Shown: piece by piece, positions 25,310 through 38,669 of the stretch
How the letters are laid out: each line of letters starts with the position of its first letter
Numbering within the stretch: the stretch's first letter is position 1
NCBI RefSeq assembly: GCF_001194135.2
Contig: NC_068992.1
Span: 4,364,066 to 4,428,065, forward strand
Direction of reading: 5' to 3'
Length of the DNA stretch: 64,000 bases
DNA from: Octopus bimaculoides
Taxonomy: Eukaryota
Notes under the pieces: model-generated
The model's input: the letters and a program-made list of their open reading frames with translations, nothing else
Databases searched by the model: none
What the model was told of the DNA's origin: nothing
Translations under genes and position numbers: made by a program

Positions 25310-25367
25310 GATATATACGACGGGCTTCTTTCAGTTTCCGTCTACCAAATCCACTCACAAGGCTTTG
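25058..25367 (-). mobile_element. SINE family C with internal (TA/TG)n microsatellite; head lost in gap
   Basis: gacgggcttctttcagtttccgtctaccaaatccactcacaaggctttg and tail tactcttttacttgtttcagtcatttgactgcggccatgctggagc. Confidence 0.85.
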
Positions 25368-25589
25368 NNNNNNNNNNNNNNNNNNNNNNNNNNNNNNNNN
25401 NNNNNNNNNNNNNNNNNNNNNNNNNNNNNNNNNNNNNNNNNNNNNNNNNNNNNNNNNNNNNNNNNNNNNNNNNNNNNNNNNNNNNNNNNNNNNNNNNNNN
25501 NNNNNNNNNNNNNNNNNNNNNNNNNNNNNNNNNNNNNNNNNNNNNNNNNNNNNNNNNNNNNNNNNNNNNNNNNNNNNNNNNNNNNNNNN

Positions 25590-25625
<36 letters not shown>

Positions 25626-26338
25626 ATGGGCTTAATTAAATAGTGAGGGCAGGCTCCTGGGTTACCGTCCTCTTCCCTCGAAAAGCCTGATCGCTGAGAC
25701 AATTTCTAGTAGTCGAGGCTGGGCCCAGCTCTCACCAATGGCTGAGCCTGCACCCATATCTAAATAAAACACGTTCCTCACTGATCCAAAAGGCTTCGTC
25801 AGTGAGATATTGTGTGAGTGAGTGATTGTGCGTGTGTGATGTGCTTGTGCGGTTTTTCTTTTGACGTCATAATTACTACAGTTATGGCAGTGAATATTAA
25901 TTGGTTGTCTTGTAATTATTGTACTTGTAAATGTTATTGTTTCCAGTAATTATGTTTTCACTTTTCTATCCATTTTGATAAAAATAGCGTTGATGTTGTT
26001 CTTGTTGTAGTCGTTGTCAATGTTATTGTCATTGTCACATTGTCATTGTTTATTGTCATTGTCAATGTTTATTGATGTTTTGCTCTCATGATTTACCGTG
26101 TTCGACTATATTCGTTGGTTCATTTCCCCACCCCCTCCTTTTCTCTTCTATATTTTATGTACCTGCGAAAATTCCTTTATTCGGTTCTGTTCAAAGATAA
26201 ACATTAAAAGTCACGTGATATTTCTTATTCATTCGTCGTTTATCGTTTTCCTCCTCTCCCCGCTCCGTCTCACTGTTGTATATATATAGATATATGCGCA
26301 TATATATACATATATATATGTATATATGTGAGTGTGTT

Positions 26339-26369
<31 letters not shown>

Positions 26370-27095
26370 GTCTGCATACATATATGTATATATTTGAGTG
26401 TATATATTATATATGCATATATATATATATAAACATATACATACACATATATATGTATATACATGCGTATGTATACGTATATATATATGCATATATATAT
26501 GTGTGTTCATATATGTATGTGAACATATATACATATATATACGCACACACATATATATATGTATGTATATATATATATATATATATATATNNNNNNNNNN
26601 NNNNNNNNNNNNNNNNNNNNNNNNNNNNNNNNNNNNNNNNNNNNNNNNNNNNNNNNNNNNNNNNNNNNNNNNNNNNNNNNNNNNNNNNNNNNNNNNNNNN
26701 NNNNNNNNNNNNNNNNNNNNNNNNNNNNNNNNNNNNNNNNNNNNNNNNNNNNNNNNNNNNNNNNNNNNNNNNNNNNNNNNNNNNNNNNNNNNNNNNNNNN
26801 NNNNNNNNNNNNNNNNNNNNNNNNNNNNNNNNNNNNNNNNNNNNNNNNNNNNNNNNNNNNNNNNNNNNNNNNNNNNNNNNNNNNNNNNNNNNNNNNNNNN
26901 NNNNNNNNNNNNNNNNNNNNNNNNNNNNNNNNNNNNNNNNNNNNNNNNNNNNNNNNNNNNNNNNNNNNNNNNNNNNNNNNNNNNNNNNNNNNNNNNNNNN
27001 NNNNNNNNNNNNNNNNNNNNNNNNNNNNNNNNNNNNNNNNNNNNNNNAGAATTTACACACACACACACACACACTCACACACACACACTCACACA

Positions 27096-27168
<73 letters not shown>

Positions 27169-27239
27169 GCATATACATAAGAGAGGGCCACTACTTGGTA
27201 AAAACGGCTCACTAACTGCAGACCGAGGGGAAGATAGGT

Positions 27240-27705
27240 GAAACACTATATAAATAATTCCGATTTATTTTCACTTCTCCACTGGAAAATATGCAAATAA
27301 ACAAGCCTGGGGAGTTCTTCAATGTCACAAATTTATTTGGAAAATAAGCTACCATCGATTACATCAACATAACAGAAGAACGTGTAATATCGGCGATTGA
27401 TAAGATGAGATCGTTCTCAGCAGCAGGCCTAGATGGACGCCCGGCTATTCCATTAAAAACATGTAAAAAGGCTCTTAGGAAACCACTGGAGATACTCTTT
27501 CTGAGTTTCCTTGCATATGGTAAATTTCCCGACATGCTAAAATAGGATATAATATGCCCTGTCCATAAAGGATATTAAAAACTACAGGCCCATCTCTCTG
27601 AGCTCACATGTTATCTAGACAATGGAACGCATTGACAGAAAAAGGTTGATTACGTTCTTAGAAGAAAGCAATCTTTTCACAAACATGCAACATGGCTTCC
27701 GTCCC
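27240..27705 (+). pseudogene. CR1/L2-type LINE ORF2 fragment, N-terminal part of reverse transcriptase
   Basis: From 27354 translates IDYINITEERVISAIDKMRSFSAAGLDG...KFPDMLK*DIICPVHKG/KNYRPISLSSHVI*TMERI...LEESNLFTNMQHGFRP; NYRPISL and QHGFR motifs with stops and a frameshift. Confidence 0.85.
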
Positions 27706-27718
27706 TTGTAGATTTTGG

Positions 27719-27810
27719 CCATCTTCAGTACCTGCCTTATTCGGTACCTGCCTTTTTCGGTACCTGCCTTATTCGGTACCTGCCATCTTCAGTACCTACC
27801 TTATTACCTG
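27719..27810. repeat. 16-bp minisatellite, about 5.75 units
   Basis: ccatcttcagtacctg / ccttattcggtacctg / cctttttcggtacctg / ccttattcggtacctg / ccatcttcagtaccta / ccttattacctg. Confidence 0.9.
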
Positions 27811-28852
27811 ACAGCTAATAAAATCCACGCGAATAGCATTTTATTATTCTGTGACCCAAAGCAATATTATCCTCCTTTGGAGTGATTCTATTCCTTGTTG
27901 TACCTTTTAATATTTTACTGACCCGCAGCATTGTTATATTTTTGACTGACCCAGCAAATGAAATGGGAGTTCCAAACTAACTAGTTTACTTCTTTTAATA
28001 AATAATCTTAATGACCTCGGTGGGATGGGATTTAAATGAGAACGGGAATCTCTCAACAGAGAGCGATAAACACGGTGAGTCACACCAACTCTATACATAA
28101 TGTGCATTTAAGAACGTATGTACGTATATATCTATGTATATATGAATGTCCCCCTCCTCTCTCTTTGTCTCTGTTTCTGTCTCTCTCTCTCTCTTCACAC
28201 ACACACAGAGGCATAAGTACGCTACTAAAATATATTCACTAATCCTCAGTTTAGTGCTAAACAGCTTTTATACATAAATCAACATAAAGAGAAACATTGA
28301 TATACATACATACATACAAACACATAGACACACATAAACACACACACATGTATATGCATTGGAGAAACTTTGAGTATAATCAGCCGAAATTGCGAAGATA
28401 ATATGGTACTCGACTGAGGAAAGAAAACTTCGAATAACCCGTCCGTGTTTTCTTTGTATGATTTATCTGGATGTTTTGTTGTCCTATTTTTGTATCACCT
28501 AACTGTCCGGATATTTTGCGTTCTTGTTCCATTTTGTATTATATATATATATATATATATATNNNNNNNNNNNNNNNNNNNNNNNNNNNNNNNNNNNNNN
28601 NNNNNNNNNNNNNNNNNNNNNNNNNNNNNNNNNNNNNNNNNNNNNNNNNNNNNNNNNNNNNNNNNNNNNNNNNNNNNNNNNNNNNNNNNNNNNNNNNNNN
28701 NNNNNNNNNNNNNNNNNNNNNNNNNNNNNNNNNNNNNNNNNNNNNNNNNNNNNNNNNNNNNNNNNNNNNNNNNNNNNNNNNNNNNNNNNNNNNNNNNNNN
28801 NNNNNNNNNNNNNNNNNNNNNNNNNNNNNNNNNNNNNNNNNNNNNNNNNNNN

Positions 28853-28896
<44 letters not shown>

Positions 28897-28970
28897 CATA
28901 CACAATACATATATACTCAAACAGACACACTCTCTCACACACACACATATACATATAGATATACATACAC

Positions 28971-29003
<33 letters not shown>

Positions 29004-29410
29004 GACACATACACGCACACACATATCAGTATGTCTATAAAACATGAGCGGTAGCGTAAGTTATGTGTTTACACATGTTATGTATTTGTTTAGTAGTTAT
29101 AATATAGTCAGCCAACAGCAGTCTACTGTAGTGTCTAGCTATCAAACATGAATGCTACGAAGATATCATAAGTATTGACATAGTAGATATTGCAACGTGT
29201 TTGAATATGTCTAAAATTTGCTATGTAGATGTTGGAAATATTATATATAACAGGGGTAGAAAAGAACATAATAATCCATAAAATATATCTAGCGGTGTCT
29301 GTCTGTATAGTGATGCAGCGAGATTAAGAGATTTTGAAACTTTCAATGGTGATTAAAGTCAGAATTTATTCCTCTCAGTGTCTGTTTGCGTATGGATGAT
29401 TGTGTGTGTG

Positions 29411-29453
<43 letters not shown>

Positions 29454-30264
29454 ATGTGTTGAAGCGTGTATGTGTGTGTGTGAGAATATATGAGCATTTC
29501 TGTGTAAGCGTGCATGAGTGTGATAGCGCGAGTGTGGGGTTTAGATGGTTGTGCGATAATATATTGACATTTTAAACAATATTGAAATAATCTCGCCGCA
29601 AGACTAGGAAAGATTTTCAGATTAAAACTCTGTAACCCCCCCCCCCCACACACACGCACAGGCACAACCTCACAGAGCACTTATATACTTGTGGTTTGAA
29701 ATGTAAAGAGCAAAAGTCCTCACAACATGACATAGAGTATAGAGTATAACTATATTAATTCGGCTGCCATGGACTTCTGATCTGGCTTCCACGTCGTTCG
29801 GGAAACAACCCAATTGATTCTATTGAAAAGTTCGTTTGTCTATGCTAGCGTTCGGAGTTCCCTATTTCACTAGATAAACTACATCATTCTCTCATAAGAT
29901 GCACTCCAGTGCACACGTAGTTGCAGTTGTACGTATATTAAAGACGGGTACCGAAGAAGACCAGACATTTCAAAAGCAGCCCCATTTGTTTAGATCCGGG
30001 AATATTTGCAGGGAGGTATACCGTTGGATATATATCTTTGGTCCTTGATAGTCTAATAGGAAAACAATTTTGCGATAAAACGATGTATTAAAAAAACGAA
30101 AAAAAAAAAAACGAAGGGCATATTACGGTTATGACAGCTAAGTTTAGCAGTGTGTGACACAGAAACTATTCGTATGCGACCTAATCAGTATCTTGAATGA
30201 AAGAGCTTAAATCTTAAAACTATGCTTCTTTGCTAAGTATTTAATAACAATAATGATGATGATG

Positions 30265-30330
<66 letters not shown>

Positions 30331-30332
<2 letters not shown>

Positions 30333-30484
30333 TGCACTACTGGGTACTGCACACATTCTACGCAAAACACTTTCAATACAGTAAACATAAGAGCACCACA
30401 GCAAACCACAGCACATACCCAAGGCGCACAGAGCTGCGCTCGGTAGTGAAGTGAAAGCACGTTATAAAAATAAAACTACTGAAC
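30331..30484 (+). mobile_element. R4/Dong-clade 3' fragment inside (TAA)n, paralog of 13874-14022
   Basis: Translates IALLGTAHILRKTLSIQ* (stop 30382-30384), same 3' UTR; (AAT)n on both sides. Confidence 0.8.
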
Positions 30485-30577
<93 letters not shown>

Positions 30578-30597
30578 CCTTTCTGCTATAGATACAA

Positions 30598-30930
30598 CGG
30601 AAAAAAATTGAGATATTCCCGCCACTTCTGGACGAGATAGGAAAGTTATGAGGCATGAGGAAAGTAAAGGTGATACCGGTGGCATTTGGAGCATTAGGTG
30701 CAGTTTCCAAGGGCCTTGAAAAACATATTAAGAATATTGGAAGCGCTGTCAGGCTCGACGTGATCCAGAAGACAGCATTGTTGGGTGCAACTCGCATTCT
30801 AAGGAGAGTATTGTCTCTTTGAGTCACAGGAGAAGGCATTACTTGAAACCTTTGGTGTTTTGCTATTGTCTGCTTTCAAGTAAAGAACAACCAGTAATTA
30901 AAAACTGTCCGAGTGTCTTTCAGAATAACA
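30598..30930 (+). mobile_element. Second R4/Dong-clade family, 5'-truncated, endonuclease C-terminus plus 3' UTR
   Basis: 30601-30822 translates KKIEIFPPLLDEIGKL*GMRKVKVIPVAFGALGAVSKGLEKHIKNIGSAVRLDVIQKTALLGATRILRRVLSL*. Confidence 0.85.
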
Positions 30931-30940
30931 ACAATAATAA

Positions 30941-31115
30941 TCCATTCTCTTATAGGTACAATGCCTGAACTTTTCTGGGAGCCGGTTAGTCGGAGAGGTG
31001 GGGATAGTAACTGATACTTATTTAATCGACCCCGAAAGGATGAAAGGCAAAGTTGACCTCGGCGGAATTTGAACTCAGAACACGAAGACAGACGAAATGC
31101 CGCTTAGCATTTCGT
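30941..31115 (-). mobile_element. SINE family A, left copy of tandem pair
   Basis: atcgaccccgaaaggatgaaaggcaaagttgacctcggcggaatttgaactcagaac, close to the family consensus. Confidence 0.9.
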
Positions 31116-31297
31116 AAGGCCTGAAATCTGAGGGACAGGGGCTATTGATTACATCGACCCTGAACTGATGATTATTTTATCGACCCTAAGGATGAATAAG
31201 TAAATCTGCCTCGTAAGAATTTGAACTCGGAACGTAAAGACGGATGGGAAACCTCTAAGCATGTTGTCCGGGATGCTTACGACTCTGTCAGCTCGCC
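31116..31297 (-). mobile_element. SINE family A, right copy of tandem pair
   Basis: aaggcctgaaat...ttttatcgaccc...gaatttgaactcggaacgtaaagacgg...ctgtcagctcgcc. Confidence 0.85.
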
Positions 31298-31618
31298 ACT
31301 AATTTCCATTCCCAATAATTAATACAATTGTTCTTGCGTATTGTTAGTTTATTCATTAATTACTTTTGCTAATTTTTCATACAAGAATTTCATGAAGCTT
31401 CTCTTACAAAGGTCTCACATGATAGGATTCAACCAATGAATTCACGAAGCCGTAACACCATTTTGGAAAGTAGAACATTTCATTACATTACAGCAAGCTG
31501 CTGTCTGAAGCATGAGTATACACGTAAAAGCTAAGTAACGCCATAGAGCTACATACCTTTGAGGATATAATCCTGCTTCACTCCATAGCAATTCAATGAA
31601 GAAGCAGTATATATCCTC

Positions 31619-31674
<56 letters not shown>

Positions 31675-32422
31675 CGGACACACGCATACACGTGTAGCAA
31701 GCTAGTTAGCTAGATGGAAAGACAGATAGAAAGAAAGATAGATAGATATACATATGCCGGTGAATATATATCATTACACAGCAACAGCAACACACGGACA
31801 TATGTTTGTTTTTATATAAGAAAATATTTTGCGTTATATTTTCTATTTACTTATTTTCTACGCTTTAACCATAGACTTGTGAATCAGATGACAAGGTTGC
31901 TTCAGTGTTTGTATGTATGCATACATACATAATGCATATAAAACCATCCATCTGTTCACACACACACAACACGGTCACATACACACGTCGGTAGATACAT
32001 AGATAATTCTGTGTGAATTATATTGGCAATGAATATACTACTAGAAAAATATGAACATATATAAAAGAATAATAGAATATATGTTTAAAATAAACATTAT
32101 CATATATAAAAGATCAAGAAGAAAACATTTAAAATAAAAGCGATAAGGAAAGTAAAGTAAATAAGACTCGGAATCTAAGCTCTTAGATACGTGTCCGCGC
32201 ATCTTTTGTGCATATTTTGATAGGAACGTAAATTTATACAAGCAATGGTTGTCACGTTGAATTTAAATGTGAATCTACTTCATAGATCTACAACACATAA
32301 TGTTAATATGAAATATTTTCTTATTCTGATTCCGTGTATTCTCTAAGTTAGTTACGCATCTAATGGAATGCATATGGGGGAAGAAGATAAATAGAATGAA
32401 TAAATAACATATAGAATAAATG

Positions 32423-32491
<69 letters not shown>

Positions 32492-32960
32492 GATATACAT
32501 ATATAAACGAAATATAACTCATGAACCTTTCACTTATAGAAAGCGATACCAAATCATCTTAGACATATTCTTCTAAGCAGAATCTCTTCTGTTAAATGGT
32601 AAAATTTAAGCGTGTTGACAAGATTATGAAAACACCTTTCAGGAAATTCTTCGATTGAAGGGATTTGATTGTACAGAAATGTCAAAATGGATTAGATTAT
32701 GAAGCATTATGAAACGTTCCACACACACATACGGGCACATATGGATGCATATATACATGTATTGATGCATAAATGAATACATACTTATACACATACGTAC
32801 ATACATACATATGTCTGTATGTATGTTAATACTCACACAGACATACACACACTCAGGATTAGCCAGCAGCGACCAAATACACGCAAATTCATACACATGT
32901 TTATATGCATAATATATACATACACAAATGCTCTCTCAGCCCTTTCTCTCTCTCTCCCTC

Positions 32961-32991
<31 letters not shown>

Positions 32992-33809
32992 NNNNNNNNN
33001 NNNNNNNNNNNNNNNNNNNNNNNNNNNNNNNNNNNNNNNNNNNNNNNNNNNNNNNNNNNNNNNNNNNNNNNNNNNNNNNNNNNNNNNNNNNNNNNNNNNN
33101 NNNNNNNNNNNNNNNNNNNNNNNNNNNNNNNNNNNNNNNNNNNNNNNNNNNNNNNNNNNNNNNNNNNNNNNNNNNNNNNNNNNNNNNNNNNNNNNNNNNN
33201 NNNNNNNNNNNNNNNNNNNNNNNNNNNNNNNNNNNNNNNNNNNNNNNNNNNNNNNNNNNNNNNNNNNNNNNNNNNNNNNNNNNNNNNNNNNNNNNNNNNN
33301 NNNNNNNNNNNNNNNNNNNNNNNNNNNNNNNNNNNNNNNNNNNNNNNNNNNNNNNNNNNNNNNNNNNNNNNNNNNNNNNNNNNNNNNNNNNNNNNNNNNN
33401 NNNNNNNNNNNNNNNNNNNNNNNNNNNNNNNNNNNNNNNNNNNNNNNNNNNNNNNNNNNNNNNNNNNNNNNNNNNNNNNNNNNNNNNNNNNNNNNNNNNN
33501 NNNNNNNNNNNNNNNNNNNNNNNNNNNNNNNNNNNNNNNNNNNNNNNNNNNNNNNNNNNNNNNNNNNNNNNNNNNNNNNNNNNNNNNNNNNNNNNNNNNN
33601 NNNNNNNNNNNNNNNNNNNNNNNNNNNNNNNNNNNNNNNNNNNNNNNNNNNNNNNNNNNNNNNNNNNNNNNNNNNNNNNNNNNNNNNNNNNNNNNNNNNN
33701 NNNNNNNNNNNNNNNNNNNNNNNNNNNNNNNNNNNNNNNNNNNNNNNNNNNNNNNNNNNNNNNNNNNNNNNNNNNNNNNNNNNNNNNNNNNNNNNNNNNN
33801 NNNNNNNNN

Positions 33810-33840
<31 letters not shown>

Positions 33841-33977
33841 TGTATATATATATATAATATATATATACATACGCACACACATATATGTGAGTGTGTATCT
33901 CTCTCTTTCTAGACACATACATATATATATATATGTATATATGTATGTATATGTTATACGTATGTATATATGTGTGT

Positions 33978-34182
<205 letters not shown>

Positions 34183-34396
34183 CACACTCGTGCTTGTTTG
34201 TGACTTATTGATACGATACGGCATCGTACTGATTGTCCTGACGGGTGTTTGTTGCTTCGTAGTTCTATTCCGAATTCACATTGAGCGTCTATATTAATAT
34301 TGCTCTCTTACAAACACTGGCCGTACATTTTGTGTGATTACGCTGACGTCATTAGGCAAGAAGATGTCGTTATTTCTATCATTCTTAAACAGATAA

Positions 34397-35000
34397 AACG
34401 CAGAGGAATCGTTAGCCCTCCGAACAAAATGCTTAACGGCATTTCCTCCGCCTTTACGCTCGGCGTTGAAATTCCGTCGTGGTTAGCCTCTCATCCCTCC
34501 GTGATCGATAAAATAAATACCAGTCATGCACTGGGGTTGATATAAGTGCCTGTCATCTATCCCAAAGTTTCAGACCTAGTTCCTATTGTAGAAAGTTTTA
34601 CTAAATAGATGAGAAAAAGAAAAAAAAGCGAGTTGGCCGAATTGTTAGCATGCTGGAGAAAACACATATCGGCATTCCTTTGATCTCTGTGTTCTGAGCT
34701 CAAATTCTAGCGACGTCGATAAAATAAGCACCAACCTCTCATTGTCAATGAAATCGACTAGTTAGCTTACCAAACGTATCAGGCCTTGTATCTATCATAG
34801 AAAAGATTATTACATAAAAGTCGGAAAAATTCGTACTTGCATGTCTTATGGCTATGTACTTTCCGAGTTCAAATTTTGCATGGAGTCAAATGTGCCTTTC
34901 ATCGTCAATAAATTAACGTAGTAAACAAGTACTAATGCAGAAACTATTGACCAACGCCCTCCCTTTCGATAACAGACCTTGTGCCTATATTGGAAAATTC
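34397..35000 (+). mobile_element. Three consecutive co-oriented SINE family A copies (about 34397-34600, 34627-34812, 34820-35000)
   Basis: Each has a gaatcgttagc-like head or a gagttcaaatt B-box, gataaaat central motif and ccttgtgcctat-like tail; increasingly decayed. Confidence 0.7.
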
Positions 35001-35865
35001 ATCAATATATATATATAAAACACTACATGTCTATATATATACTTCTTTTGTGAGTACACTTTAGCGTTTGAATCTGTTGAATTTGTTCCAATTTATAAGA
35101 TTTATACTTTCTATAAATCATTCGACACACGCTGGAGTGGTTTCGTTTATTTTTTGCATTTGTCTCATAGCATTTCCACTCTAGACTGACAGTTCCAATA
35201 GTTATTTATATAATAGATTAGAAATATCGTTATTTTTTTTCACATTTGTCAAACTGTAAATGTCTGCTTATAGAGATGTAGAAGGAATAAATCTGTTAAA
35301 GCTAAATGAAACACCAAGAAAATAAATAAATTTGTGAACACTGTTCATTTGACGTCGACCACCAGCTCAATTTTTCGGCGACTATTGCAATACATATGAA
35401 AGTGGTTACATCTGAAAAGAAGAGAGTAAATCCATATGTGAAAAGTAACTCGGTTTCACGTCCAGGTTGGAATAATATAATTTCGTATACGTTAGCAGCA
35501 AGATATGAATATCATATATTTCATTTCTCCTCAACAAACTATAATGTTCACCATATATCCACGTCTACTGAGGTTAAAATACACTGTAATGTATCTTAAA
35601 AATGAAGAAGTGGATAAAAAAAAAAGATCAAGTGTTATTTAAAAGACAAAGACATTGATGCGACGCTTATGAATGGTGGTTTTTTTAAATCATACTTCTA
35701 AAGAAGGAAGCATTTAACATTTCGTAGTTTCATTCTTATTTTGAAATGTTTAATTCTCCTTTTCATCCCATCTCATTTATAAGTGTATACCCTCGGACTA
35801 CCACCCTCAAATGAAATTAACTAAACAGTATATGGGCGTGTATTTATGAGCTTTTATATCTGAAG

Positions 35866-35945
35866 TATGAGGAGGTACCTAAAAGTAACCGGAAATGTTC
35901 CCCGTGGGACAAGCTCATTGTTGTTCGGGCTTCTGCTACTATATT
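35866..35945 (+). mobile_element. Possible Tc1/mariner terminal inverted repeat fragment
   Basis: TA followed by tgaggaggtacctaaaagtaaccggaa resembles mariner-type TIRs; no partner TIR found. Confidence 0.35.
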
Positions 35946-36019
35946 TGGTGACCTCATCAGTAATCCTTTGCTTTCTTCTTTCTTTTTTGTGTTTTTCCTT
36001 CCTAACGATCGTTAGCAAG

Positions 36020-36063
36020 GACCACTGATGAGGTCACGGAAGTGTGACGAAAGAACTATGGTC
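36020..36063 (+). ncRNA. Minimal type I hammerhead ribozyme motif
   Basis: Stem I GACCA/TGGTC; core CTGATGA (36025-36031); extra G; stem II GTCAC-GGAAGT-GTGAC; GAAA; 2-bp stem III AG-aa-CT; cleavage triplet CUA (36056-36058). Confidence 0.65.
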
Positions 36064-36519
36064 GAAATACAATTAATATGAAATAAAGCTGAAGCAAGTG
36101 AACACTAAATATATAGTGCATGTGTTATCATTGGCTAAACTGGCAACATGACGATCCCCAAATACAACAATATCTGCTTCAATACACAGTAAAGAAATCG
36201 TTGGTTGTGTCCATGAGTTGAGCAGTGACGAGCAAGCAAACCAGCGTAGATTGTGGCTCGCTGATTTTTATTGTTGTCACTTCTAACCCTTTCCCATCGA
36301 GTGAAGATGCTTTTCTATAGCAGTGTGGGAGCATTTGCTCCTTTGTCATTCCATTATAGCTTCGGAAAAATAACTGTTAAAATCGAATTGCACTACGAAT
36401 AAGTACAAGGTAAAATTACTAGTTGCTTTAATAGTAAGTTGATGCACATAGTCTAACCCATTCCCTTCCGAATTTTAGTTCATTGAATTGAATGGTACGA
36501 CAACTATCTCTGTGCCTCT

Positions 36520-36608
36520 ATTATATCAGCTGAACCCTAGAGTTAATGTAATCGACTTACCCTTCTCCCAAATTTGCTGGCCTTGTGCCAAAGTTTGAAA
36601 GCAATAAT
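36520..36608 (+). mobile_element. SINE family A, 3' fragment
   Basis: atgtaatcgacttacccttctcccaaatttgctggccttgtgccaaagtttgaaa. Confidence 0.75.
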
Positions 36609-38171
36609 GAAGGTTGATGTGTGTAAAGATTTCATGTATTTCATATAATTGATTATTTATTTACTCAGTGTTTTCTCTTTGTACTGCTGCTTATTCTATG
36701 TCTTTAAATCTGTTATCGATATACTCATACCAATATTCTCTAACACTCGAACATTTTACGCTCTTATAGTTCGTGCATACAACGTCTATCAACTCATTGA
36801 CACACTTTCGTTTTGTAGTTCTTTGCAATTAGTTCACACAATTCATAACATTACTTCCATTTTGCAAGTATTTTCATTAATGTCTTTTGGAAGTAGATTA
36901 ATGTTTGCATAAAGATTCTTCGAAAGATTGTATCTTGTCTAAAAGCAGAGACCCTTTCAGTTTCTTTTTGTTTTCCTCAGGCTTCATGAAATAATGGCGT
37001 TCATGATTGTAATTTTTATAGATTGTAATTTTTATAGATTGCAATCGAATTGTTACAAATACTAAACGAACCCTTTCCATTTACAATTATAAAGAATAAT
37101 GTAATTTTAATTCATTTCTTTTTTCTTAACGAAAAAGTTCTTTTGTCGGCAACTCTTGTATCTTCTTTTAGTACGAACCATTTACAGAAGAGGTTTATTT
37201 TTATGCTATTTAAAATATTGATTTTTGATATTTAATGATAAAAAAAAAACAGTAAATGGCCCGTGAACGAAACTAATTCCAATTCAAAATTATAGCATGT
37301 AATTTGTAATATTACGTCTGACAACAAATCTAGAGGTACTTTAAAAACACACTGACTACTCGTCACTAATAACAACATAAAGTAATACAAAATAAAATTA
37401 CAGTTTCGGGGAACTCAAATACTAAATTCTATTAAACTTAATTAAGTGGGGAAGTATTACTTCATTAACACGTACGTACTTCGACTTATAATTAATGTTA
37501 TAGAACATGCATAACGGCCGAGAACATTTCTTCAAGTTTTAAAAGCTACGTATTATTTGGCTGGAATCAATTGTTCTTATATGGAAGTAAGTCTTTATGT
37601 GTCGCAAGGTTGCCGATTAAAATATTCGTTGATCATGCACTTACCTACTATTGATAGCAGACTGTCTTCTTAAAACGGAGATCTTGTCTGAGTACTTCAA
37701 ATAGAATGTACTCTACGAACGGCACCAAGTAGTAGTGGTATTAAACTGAACGACAATTCGAATGAAACTTCGAATTATTGCATCTCAGAAGGCGGAGAGC
37801 GGGAATAAACCTGCTCAGCATCTGTTCTGATACTGTTACTGTCTCATCTTTGATTGTTACATTTTTTATCGACACTTTATGTTGCCAATCAAGTCTTAAA
37901 ACAATGAAACCAGAGATACTAATTATGTTCAATAGACATGTCTAAAATTCTTTATTCCTGGGAAAAAATATAATTCTTTCTCTTAGATGACATTGCTTTC
38001 CTAAATTGCTTATGAACAGGAAATTATTACCACGCACCAGACAATGGAAACTAGAAGCCAGGGTATCACTTGACAGAAGCCAAACTAATTGTCTGAGAAT
38101 ATATGCACATAGTCATATGTATGCACAAACATGCGAACACACATAATCATATACGCACATTTACCTGTCTG

Positions 38172-38313
<142 letters not shown>

Positions 38314-38629
38314 CATACGCGTGCGCGCACATACACACACATATGTGCATGTATGAATAAATTTACGCGTGCTTTGTATGTATCTCATATTTCTGCACAC
38401 CTAACAACATACGCACACATATATTTAGAAAATTAGATACGTTACTGTGAACCATACATACATGCATATATACATGCATGCATACACACACACACACACA
38501 CACATATGTATCTAGGTATATGTGTGTGTGTGTGTGTGTGCGTTTGCGTGCGCGTCCGTGTGTGCGTGCGTGTATATATATACATATATATGTATGTATA
38601 TATATATATATATATATATNNNNNNNNNN

Positions 38630-38669
<40 letters not shown>

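Noticed and set aside
27719-27810. Repeat array as a CRISPR array
   Set aside because: Units are 16 bp and directly abutting, with no unique spacers, and the context is eukaryotic.
28405-28450. Hammerhead at CTGAGGA-aag-aaaa-ctt-c-GAAT
   Set aside because: GAAA is mutated, the closing pair of stem II is missing and no stem I is found. It may be a very decayed relative but is not supportable.
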